From positions 15,057 through 79,056 of the forward strand of contig JBCDDZ010000002.1 in NCBI GenBank assembly GCA_039180025.1: DNA of 64,000 nt. Reading direction: 5' to 3'. The notes under the pieces are model-generated. The model was not told the origin of the DNA. It saw only the letters and a program-made list of their open reading frames with translations, and did not search any database. Shown here piece after piece: positions 56,540 to 64,000 of this stretch. Both the position numbers and the translations under genes were made by a program. Position 1 is the first letter of the stretch. Each line of letters begins with the position of its first letter. Source of the stretch: Planctomycetota bacterium (GTDB taxonomy: Bacteria; Planctomycetota; Phycisphaerae; Phycisphaerales; Phycisphaeraceae).

Positions 56540-58014
56540 TGGCGGGCACGCGAGACGGGGTGGTGATCGGCCGAGACGTCGCGGCGGCGGCGGACGCGGC
56601 GTACGACCTGGTGGTGGTCGGGGGGGGGATCTACGGCGTCTGCGCGACCCTGGAAGCGGCGCGGCGGGGCAAGCGGGTGCTGCTTTTAGAGAAGCGGGAC
56701 TACGGCTCGGGGACGAGTTTCCACAGCCTGCGGATCCTGCACGGGGGGCTGCGGTATCTGCAAAGCATGGACGTGCGGCGGTTCCGGGACTCGGTGGGCG
56801 AGCGGCGGTGGTTCATGGCGAACTTCCCGGAGCTGTGCGTGCCGCTGAACTGCCTGATGCCGTTGTACAACCGCGGCCTGAAGCGGCCGGGGGTGTTCCG
56901 GATGGCGTTGTGCCTTAACGAGATGATGTCGTTCGACCGGCACCGCGGCGTGCCGGCGGCGGCGCGGCTGAGCCGTGGGCGGGTGCTGAGCGCGTCGGCC
57001 ACGGCGGCGGCATTCGAACGGGTCGATCCGAAGGGGCTCAAAGGCGCGGCGCAGTGGACCGACGGGCTGATGCGCAGCAGCGAGCGGGTGCAGATAGAAC
57101 TCCACCGGTGGGCGGCGGCGTGCGGCGCGGTACAGCTCAATTACGTCGAGGCGGCGGGGCTGACCCGCGAAGGGGATAGCGTGGCCGGGGTCGAGGCGGT
57201 GGACGCGGTCACCGGCGAGACGGTGGTGTTTAAGACGGCCAGGGTGTTGAACTGCGCCGGCGGGTGGTGCCGATCGGTGGCGGGGGCGATGGACCGGGAC
57301 GTGCCGCGGCTGTTCCCGCGGTCGTTGGCGTTCAACCTGGTGCTGGACGTGCCGGCGCTCAGCGACTCGGCGGTCGCGGTCGCGCCGCGGGGGAGCGGGG
57401 ACATGTATTTTCTCGTGCCCTGGCGGGGCGGGGTTCACGCCGGGACGTACCACCTGGCGTGGGAAGGCAAGGACGCGGACGACCGGACCCCGCCGACGGA
57501 AGCGGTGGAGCGGTTTTTGGCGGACCTCAACGCCGCGGTGCCCGGCTGGGGGGTCGGCCCCGCAGACGTGCGGTACGTGTACGCGGGCCAGCTCCCGGCG
57601 GTGCGGGCGGGGGCGGCGGCGATGTCGCACGTCGCGCCGTTCCACGACCACGGCGGCGGGCTGTTCAGTCTGGCGGGCCATAAATACACGACGGCCCGGC
57701 TCGAAGCGCTGCGGGCCCTGCGGCGGATGTTCAAAGGCGAACCGTTCGCGGTGCGGCCGGACACCGACCGGCCCGAGGGCTCGGGGGGCGGGCCGTGGGA
57801 CGGGGCCGACGGGGTTATCGGGGCCCGGGGCTGGCAGGATCGGCTGGGGCGGTTGGCCGATGAGGAAAGCGTGGTTTATCTGGACGATTTAGTGATGCGC
57901 CGGCTCGATGGGGTCGGCTCGGCCGACGCGGTGGCGACGCTGCGCGACGCAGCGGCGGGCGTGCTGCGGGCTAAGGGATACGACGCCGAGCGTCTGCGGG
58001 AGACGAACCGATGA
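56539..58014 (+). CDS. FAD-dependent oxidoreductase, glycerol-3-phosphate dehydrogenase/oxidase (GlpD)-like
   Basis: VVGGGIYG, EKRDYGSGTSFHSLRILHGGLRYLQ, KYTTARLEA; TGATG overlap at 56537-56541. Confidence 0.85.
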   Translation: MAGTRDGVVIGRDVAAAADAAYDLVVVGGGIYGVCATLEAARRGKRVLLLEKRDYGSGTSFHSLRILHGGLRYLQSMDVRRFRDSVGERRWFMANFPELCVPLNCLMPLYNRGLKRPGVFRMALCLNEMMSFDRHRGVPAAARLSRGRVLSASATAAAFERVDPKGLKGAAQWTDGLMRSSERVQIELHRWAAACGAVQLNYVEAAGLTREGDSVAGVEAVDAVTGETVVFKTARVLNCAGGWCRSVAGAMDRDVPRLFPRSLAFNLVLDVPALSDSAVAVAPRGSGDMYFLVPWRGGVHAGTYHLAWEGKDADDRTPPTEAVERFLADLNAAVPGWGVGPADVRYVYAGQLPAVRAGAAAMSHVAPFHDHGGGLFSLAGHKYTTARLEALRALRRMFKGEPFAVRPDTDRPEGSGGGPWDGADGVIGARGWQDRLGRLADEESVVYLDDLVMRRLDGVGSADAVATLRDAAAGVLRAKGYDAERLRETNR

Positions 58015-59243
58015 GAGTCTTGGTGCTCGCGCCGCATCCGTTGTTTACGCCCCGGGGCACGCCGATCGCGGTGCGCGCGGTGCTGGCGGGGCTGTCGGAG
58101 CAGGGGCACCGGGTGGACGTGCTCTCGTTTCACGAAGGCGAAGACATCACGGACCTGCCCCGGGTCAGTCACGAGCGGATCGCGCGGCCGTGGGGCGTGA
58201 AGCGGGTGCCGATCGGGATCTCGTGGCAGAAAGCGGTCAGCGACGTGTGGTTTTTCCGCCGGGCGTGGGCGATGATCCGGCGGGCGGCGGCGGCGGGCGA
58301 CGCCTACGACGTGGTGCACGCGGGCGAGGAAGCGGTGTTTATGGCCGGGGTGTTCCGCCGGTGGGCGGGCCTGCCGTTTGTCTACGACATGGACTCGCGG
58401 ATGAGCGCGCAGATCGTGGAAAAAAGCGGCTGGCTTTGGCCGGCGGCGAAGGTGTTTGCCGCGCTCGAGCGGCGGTCGATCGAGCGCAGCGCCGGGGTGT
58501 TGGCGGTGTGCCCGGCCCTGGTGGACGAGGCGATGCCATACCACCCGGCGGGGAACGTCGCGCTCCTGCCGGACATCCCGAACACGGGGACCGAAGACGG
58601 CGAGCTGCCCGCGGCACTCACCGGGGCGGCGGGCCCGCCCGAAGGGGTGCGGCTGATGTACGTCGGGAACCTCGAGGGGTACCAGGGGGTGGGCCTGATG
58701 CTCGAGGCGTTCGAACGGGTGGCGGCGCAGGACGACCGGGCGACGCTGATCGTGGTGGGCGGCCGGGAGGACCACATTGAGCATTACACGGGGGTGGCGC
58801 GGGGGCTGGTGACCAACGGCCGGGTGCGTTTTGTCGGTCCGGTGCCGATCGACCGTCTGGGCCGGGTGATGGCGTACGCGGACGTGCTGGTGTCGCCGCG
58901 GACCAAGGGGGACAACACCCCGATGAAGGTGTACAGCTATCTGCAGAGCGGCAAGCCGGTGGTGGCGACGCGGCTGCTGACGCACACGCAGGTGATGAAC
59001 GACGACGTGTCGGTGCTGGTGGAGCCGACGCCCGAGGCGATGGCGGCGGGGATGCTGGACCTGGTGCGGTCGGCCGAGCGCCGCGCCGCGGTGGGCGGGG
59101 CCGGGCGGGCGTACGTCGAGCGCGAGTTTAGCGAGGACGCGTACCGGGCCCGGCTGCGGGCGTTTTACGCGGGGATTGAAGACACGATCAAGGCGGGGGC
59201 TCCGTCACGGGGTGGCCCCGCGGTGGAAAGGAAAACGGTTTGA
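58011..59243 (+). CDS. GT4 glycosyltransferase
   Basis: PRGTPIAV, YVGNLEGYQGV, NTPMKVYSYLQSGKPVV. Confidence 0.88.
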   Translation: MRVLVLAPHPLFTPRGTPIAVRAVLAGLSEQGHRVDVLSFHEGEDITDLPRVSHERIARPWGVKRVPIGISWQKAVSDVWFFRRAWAMIRRAAAAGDAYDVVHAGEEAVFMAGVFRRWAGLPFVYDMDSRMSAQIVEKSGWLWPAAKVFAALERRSIERSAGVLAVCPALVDEAMPYHPAGNVALLPDIPNTGTEDGELPAALTGAAGPPEGVRLMYVGNLEGYQGVGLMLEAFERVAAQDDRATLIVVGGREDHIEHYTGVARGLVTNGRVRFVGPVPIDRLGRVMAYADVLVSPRTKGDNTPMKVYSYLQSGKPVVATRLLTHTQVMNDDVSVLVEPTPEAMAAGMLDLVRSAERRAAVGGAGRAYVEREFSEDAYRARLRAFYAGIEDTIKAGAPSRGGPAVERKTV

Positions 59244-59245
59244 CG

Positions 59246-60289
59246 ATGGACGCACTGGTCACCGGCGCAACGGGATTTTTGGGTTACAACATCGCGGCGT
59301 CGCTGTCGCGTGACGGGCAAAAGGTCCGGGCCCTCTGCCGGGCGAGCTCGGACCCGACGCGGATCGCGAAGCTGGAGAAGTACGGGGTCGAGATTGTGTC
59401 GGGCGACATTACCGACGCGGATGCGGTGGATCGGGCGGTGGCGGGCGTGGAGAAGGTGTACCACATCGCGGCGTGTTTCCGGACGTCGGGCCATCTGGAC
59501 AGCTATTACCGGGCGGTCAACCGCGACGGGACCGCGCACGTGCTGGAGGCTTGCCAGAAGCACGGGGTGGAGCGGCTGATCCACTGCTCGACGGGCGGGG
59601 TGCACGGGCATATCCCCCCGGAGCGGGCGCCGGCGGACGAAGACGCGCCGATCACGCCGGGCGATATCTATCAGGTGACCAAGTGGGAGGGCGAGGTGCT
59701 CTGCCACGAAGCGATCGAACGGGGCCAGCGGGTGACGATCTTCCGGCCCGCGGGGATCTACGGCGCCGGGGACATGCGGCTGGTGAAGCTGTTTTCGACG
59801 GTGCAGAAGGGCCGGTTCCTCATGTTCGGCGACGGCCGGCCGCACTTCGGGATGGTCTACATCGACGACCTGGTGGCGGGCGTGAAGCTGATGGCACAGA
59901 AGGCCGAGGCGCTGGGCGAGGTCTTTATATTGTCGGGCCCCGACGAGCTGCGGCTCAACGACCTGGTGCGCCACGTCGCCGACGCGGTCAACGGCAAGGT
60001 GCCGAAGTTTCATTGGCCGCTGCCGCCGCTGTTGGCCGCGGCGTATCTGTGTGAAAAAATGTGCGTGCCGTTCGGCATCGAGCCGCCGATCCACCGCCGG
60101 CGGGCCCACGTGTTTACGAACAACCGGGAATTTACGTACGCCAAGGCGACGCGGCTGCTGGGCTATCAGCCCGAGATCAACGGCGTCGAAGGCGTGTACC
60201 GCACCGCGCAGTGGTACTTCGAGCACGACATCCTCAAGGGCGAGTTCCCGGGGTATCCCGCGGGCATGGAGCGCGGGGTCGAACTCTGA
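59246..60289 (+). CDS. NAD-dependent epimerase/dehydratase (extended SDR)
   Basis: VTGATGFLG, YQVTK (YxxxK), RPAGIYG. ATG 59246, or TTG 59240 overlapping the upstream stop. Confidence 0.9.
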   Translation: MDALVTGATGFLGYNIAASLSRDGQKVRALCRASSDPTRIAKLEKYGVEIVSGDITDADAVDRAVAGVEKVYHIAACFRTSGHLDSYYRAVNRDGTAHVLEACQKHGVERLIHCSTGGVHGHIPPERAPADEDAPITPGDIYQVTKWEGEVLCHEAIERGQRVTIFRPAGIYGAGDMRLVKLFSTVQKGRFLMFGDGRPHFGMVYIDDLVAGVKLMAQKAEALGEVFILSGPDELRLNDLVRHVADAVNGKVPKFHWPLPPLLAAAYLCEKMCVPFGIEPPIHRRRAHVFTNNREFTYAKATRLLGYQPEINGVEGVYRTAQWYFEHDILKGEFPGYPAGMERGVEL

Positions 60290-60342
60290 CCCGAGCCGGG
60301 CCGAGCAAGGCGTAAGCCGGTGAATCGATACGAGAGGGTGCG

Positions 60343-61581
60343 ATGCAGACTACGGTGGAAGCGATGAGTCCGACGGAAGACGAACGCGGGGTGACGCACG
60401 GCCCGGGTGACGGGGCGCGTGGGGCCGCGGCGGAGTCCGCGGTGGCGTCGCCGGCGGCCCCCGAAGCCTCGCTGGAGGCGTTCGCTCAAGCGCAGGGCAA
60501 GCCCAAGAACCAGATGCGCAAGCGGGTGCTGTTTGCGCTCAAGGGGCTGATCTCGTTGGGGCTGATCGCGTGGATCGTCAGCGGGGCGAACCTGGCGGAG
60601 GTCGCCGAGTCGGCCAAGGGGGTCCACGTCGGCTGGCTGGCCCTGGCGTTCGGGTTGCAGGTGGTTGGGCCGGGGCTGACGTCGCTGCGCTGGAAGGGCC
60701 TGCTGGCGGCCAAGGACTGCCGGCCCAGCTGGGGGTATCTCTATAAGTCGTCGCTGGTGGCGGTGTTTTTCAAGCAATTTCTGCCATCGATTTTGGGCGG
60801 GGACACGATCCGGGCGTACGACGCCTGGCGGGCCGGGGCGAGCAAGGGGCTCGCGGTGACGTCGGTGGTCGTGGACCGCCTGATCGGGATGGTGGCGTTG
60901 GCGATGTTCGCGGTGGTGGCGTTGGCGTTTGTGTCGGGGCCGCTGATCGACCGGGTGTCGGGGGTCCGGTGGTGGGCCGCGGCGGGGCTGGCGGGGACGG
61001 CGGGGCTGACGTGGGCGATGTTTGCCCGCAACGAGGCGATCCACCGGTGGGTGGCGTGGGGGATCGGCCGGCTGCCGGGGCTGGTGCGGGGCAAGTTCGA
61101 AAAAATCTACGGCGCGCTCTCGGGGTACCGCGGGCAGTACGGGCCGCTGCTCGTGGCGTTCGGCGTGTCGGTGGTGCTGCAGACCAAGGTGGTGTTTTTC
61201 TATTACGCCATCGGGATGGCGCTGGGGATGGAGATCGGGCTGACCAACTGGTTCGTGATCGTGCCGGTGGCGATCTTCATCATGCTCGCGCCCATCTCGA
61301 TCAACGGGGTGGGGCTGCGGGAGGGGGTGTTCACGTTCCTGTTGGCGACGGTCTTTGCCGAGTCGCGGAGCGAGGCGCTGGCCTTCGCGTGGATCGAGTA
61401 CGGCATTTTTCTGGTGTTCGGGATGCTCGGCGGGCTCGTCTACGCGACCCGGCGGGGCGGCAACGTGCGTGGCACCCCCGGAAACCCCGGAAACCCCGGA
61501 AACCCCGGAAACCCCGGAAACCCCGGAAACCCTGGCGCCCCGCTCGCGCGGCCGGGGGCTGCGGGTCCGGGCGGCGGCTAG
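60343..61581 (+). CDS. Lysylphosphatidylglycerol-synthase TM-domain (UPF0104) flippase-like membrane protein with a (PGN)6 tail
   Basis: LRWKGLL, FLPSILGGDTIR, VVVDRLIG, APISINGVGLREG; about 8 TM helices. Confidence 0.85.
   Translation: MQTTVEAMSPTEDERGVTHGPGDGARGAAAESAVASPAAPEASLEAFAQAQGKPKNQMRKRVLFALKGLISLGLIAWIVSGANLAEVAESAKGVHVGWLALAFGLQVVGPGLTSLRWKGLLAAKDCRPSWGYLYKSSLVAVFFKQFLPSILGGDTIRAYDAWRAGASKGLAVTSVVVDRLIGMVALAMFAVVALAFVSGPLIDRVSGVRWWAAAGLAGTAGLTWAMFARNEAIHRWVAWGIGRLPGLVRGKFEKIYGALSGYRGQYGPLLVAFGVSVVLQTKVVFFYYAIGMALGMEIGLTNWFVIVPVAIFIMLAPISINGVGLREGVFTFLLATVFAESRSEALAFAWIEYGIFLVFGMLGGLVYATRRGGNVRGTPGNPGNPGNPGNPGNPGNPGAPLARPGAAGPGGG
61476..61529 (+). repeat. Perfect 9-bp tandem repeat (CCCCGGAAA)x6
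   Basis: Six exact copies counted; they encode PGN repeats in frame. Confidence 0.95.
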
Positions 61582-61687
61582 GGAAAACCGGCGGGTGGTG
61601 GGTTATGTTGGGCAGGGCCTGGGGCGGACGATAAGGAGAAACGTGGGCCGGGAACGCCCGGGTCGAAGGTTACTGAAGGGGTATCCC

Positions 61688-63586
61688 ATGTCGGTGTTTA
61701 TTGATCACACAGATGAGCGCGAAAGCCCGGGCCCCGCGGAGCGTCCGGGTATCGAAGAACCGGCCGGGCAGATCGGCCGCGACGGCGGCTGGGACCGGGA
61801 GCGATCGGATGTCCGGGCCGCGGCGGTCGCCCCGCGCCCGAGCCGGGCGTGGATCGTGTTGCAGTGCGTGCTGGTGGTGCTGATGGCGGCGGCGGGGCGG
61901 TACGCTTACGAAGTCCCCGGGGTGCATTTCGACGAGCCGTACCACCTGCTCCCGGCGAGGAACTGGGTCGACCACGGCACGCTGGAACTGACCCCCGGCG
62001 GAGACCCGTACACCCGGGCCCGGGCGTTTACCTACCTCGTCGGGGTGTCCTACATGCTCCTGGGCGACAGCCTGGCCTCGGCCCAGTGGGTGTCGCTGAT
62101 TTCGGGGGTGGGGCTGGTGCTGCTGGGGTTCGGGTGGGTCCGTGGGGCGGTCCGGCGGGAGGATGAACTCAGACACGTCGCGGCAGATCGTTCCGGCGAA
62201 AGTGGGCCCGCGGCCACGCCGGGGGCGGCCACGCTTCAGGGGAGCCGCGCTGGGGTCCTGCCGGGGGCGGGGGTCGGGGCGGGGTTGATCGCGGCGGGGC
62301 TGATGGCGTTTTCGCTGGACCTGATCCACTTTTCGTACATGGTGCGGTTCTACATGCTCCAGGTGTTGGTGATCTGGGCGGTGCTGATGCTGGTCTGGGG
62401 GATGCTGTACGGCCGTGGCGGGCGGTGGGCGCGGGCGGCGTGCGGCGGGGGGGCGGCCGCGGCGCTGCTGCTGGCGGTGCATCTGCAGTTGACGTCGGTG
62501 ATCGCGGTGGCGGGGATGGGGCTGTGGGCCGCCGGGGCGTGGGCGGTGCGGGCGGTGCGGGTGCCCGGGAAACGGGGCAAGTGGAACGCGGCGGGGGTGG
62601 TGGTGCTGCTGGGCCTGGCGGTGGCGGTGGGGGTACTGGCGGTGAAGACCGGCCGGCTCGACGGGCTGTGGTCGAAGTACCGCGGGGCGGACCTGTGGGT
62701 CGGGGCGGACGCGGACGACGTGTGGTACTACGCGAAGTACTACGCCCAGCGGTTTGGCTGGATGTGGGTCGGGTTCCCCGTGGCCGCGGCGCTGGGGTTC
62801 TGGCGGGCGCCCCGGGCGACGGGGTTCCTGCTGCTCACCTGGGCGGGGGGGTTCGTCGGGCAATCGTTCGGGGGATTCAAGGCGGACCGCTACGTGCTGT
62901 ACACCCTGCCGATGTTCATGGCGATATGGGGGATCGGGGCGGCGGCGGGGTGCGGGCTACTGGTGGCGGGAGCCCGGGCGGCGGCCGGCGGGCTGGTGGG
63001 CCGACGGCCCGCACTGGTGCAGGCGGCGGGGGTCTTGGCGGCGCTCTTGTTCCTCGGCGTCGGGGCGGTGGGGATGAAGCAGGTCTGGAGCATGCAGACA
63101 ACCCTGCGGGTCGCGCTGGGGCAGACCCGCGGGCCGCACGTCAAGCCGGACTGGGCGGCGGCCGAGACCTGGCTCCGGGCGCAGGCGGCGGCGGCGGACG
63201 CGGTGGTGACCTCGTCGAGCCCGCTGGCGCTGTATTTCATCGGGCGACATGATGTGGCGATCAACGCTTCGCAGCTCGATGACGATCCGGAATTTGCGCG
63301 GGACTGGCGGGTGGACGCGCCGGTGATTTCGTCGGCCGAGTCGCTCGCAAAAGTGATCGCCGAGCAGCCCTCGGGGTTGATTGTGGTCGAGCGTGACCTG
63401 TGGCGGCAGCCCGCCGGGGTCCCGGTCGCCACGGCGGATTTTATCGAGGCGCGGACCCAACGGCTGGCGGTAGAGCGGGACTGGCGTTTGGAAGTGTTCC
63501 GCTGGCCCGGCACCCCCGGCACCCCCGGCATCCCCGGCACCTCCGGAACCGCTGGCCTCCCCGGCACCCCGGTGAGCCCCGACTGA
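61688..63586 (+). CDS. GT-C fold glycosyltransferase (ArnT/PMT_2, GT39/GT83-like)
   Basis: TM helix followed by VHFDEPYH (DE motif), many TM helices, RYVLYTLP, periplasmic C-domain. Start ATG 61688. Confidence 0.75.
   Translation: MSVFIDHTDERESPGPAERPGIEEPAGQIGRDGGWDRERSDVRAAAVAPRPSRAWIVLQCVLVVLMAAAGRYAYEVPGVHFDEPYHLLPARNWVDHGTLELTPGGDPYTRARAFTYLVGVSYMLLGDSLASAQWVSLISGVGLVLLGFGWVRGAVRREDELRHVAADRSGESGPAATPGAATLQGSRAGVLPGAGVGAGLIAAGLMAFSLDLIHFSYMVRFYMLQVLVIWAVLMLVWGMLYGRGGRWARAACGGGAAAALLLAVHLQLTSVIAVAGMGLWAAGAWAVRAVRVPGKRGKWNAAGVVVLLGLAVAVGVLAVKTGRLDGLWSKYRGADLWVGADADDVWYYAKYYAQRFGWMWVGFPVAAALGFWRAPRATGFLLLTWAGGFVGQSFGGFKADRYVLYTLPMFMAIWGIGAAAGCGLLVAGARAAAGGLVGRRPALVQAAGVLAALLFLGVGAVGMKQVWSMQTTLRVALGQTRGPHVKPDWAAAETWLRAQAAAADAVVTSSSPLALYFIGRHDVAINASQLDDDPEFARDWRVDAPVISSAESLAKVIAEQPSGLIVVERDLWRQPAGVPVATADFIEARTQRLAVERDWRLEVFRWPGTPGTPGIPGTSGTAGLPGTPVSPD
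63506..63571 (+). repeat. Imperfect 9-bp tandem repeat (CCCGGCACC consensus), 7 units
   Basis: Encodes PGT PGT PGI PGT SGT AGL PGT at the C-terminus of the GT-C gene. Confidence 0.8.
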
Positions 63587-63721
63587 AGCGGGCGGGGGCA
63601 AGTCGGAGAAACGAAGTGATTGCGGGGGAAGACTGTGCCGATAGATAGAATAGGGTCGCGAAACGGCTCGGAGGTGGTGCAGGGGTGGCTCGGGCGGGGT
63701 GAGGGACGAGATGTGGACACG

Positions 63722-64000
63722 ATGGACCCGCCGAAAACCAGCACGACCCCGGGCGAAGCCTCGGCGGTGACCGAGCCCGAGAACCGTAGCGGGGCGATCG
63801 CCGCGCCGGACCCGCCCGCGGGTACCCGGCCCGACACGGTGCGTCTCGGCGGGGAAAAAGGAGTTTGGTTCGACCGGATCACGGAAGCCGCGGCGGCGGC
63901 GTATGTGATGGCGGCGCTGGACGCCGGTCGGGGCGGCTGGGTGGTGACTTCGAACCTGGACCACCTGGTGCGGGCCCGGCGGGACCCGGATTTCCGCCGG
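63722..64000 (+). CDS. WecB/TagA/CpsF (GT26) glycosyltransferase, 3'-truncated by the window edge
   Basis: Frame open from ATG 63722 (or GTG 63713) to the end: ...FDRITE...GGWVVTSNLDHLVRARRDPDFRR. Absent from the ORF track because there is no stop. Confidence 0.8.
   Translation, partial: MDPPKTSTTPGEASAVTEPENRSGAIAAPDPPAGTRPDTVRLGGEKGVWFDRITEAAAAAYVMAALDAGRGGWVVTSNLDHLVRARRDPDFRR

Noticed and set aside
61476-61529. CRISPR array
   Set aside because: 9-bp head-to-tail units with no spacers and no cas genes.

Overview
High-GC (roughly 70% by eye), gene-dense bacterial chromosome segment. Gene content suggests a planctomycete of the Phycisphaerae (inference from the CxxCGYxLxGL..CPECG ribbon and the MoxR/BatA/DUF4159 operon). 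Left to right: (1) the tail of a membrane protein-DUF4129-DUF4350-MoxR-DUF58 operon; (2) a lysR-gltB-gltD operon on the minus strand, with two dyad T-N11-A boxes upstream; (3) dacB, an ABC1/UbiB kinase, pyk, a catalytically eroded M20 amidohydrolase homologue, DUF421, purE, a 49%-GC islet and a voltage-gated cation channel with a TLEDWTD filter; (4) a second MoxR operon headed by a VKOR-thioredoxin fusion, in which one vWA/GATase-like gene carries an in-frame amber stop and the last gene carries a CCCC motif; (5) yebC, a sugar dehydrogenase and a 1087-aa secreted protein with three copies of an unrecognised 100-aa domain plus a beta-helix; (6) a glycan locus of at least 23 kb running off the right edge (Wzx, Wzy-like polymerase, 11 GT2/GT4 enzymes, acetyltransferase, WecB/TagA). 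That locus contains an Arn-like lipid-carrier module with two orphan enzymes. No rRNA, tRNA, CRISPR array, transposase or integrase was found. All family calls come from motif recognition by eye; no searches were run.
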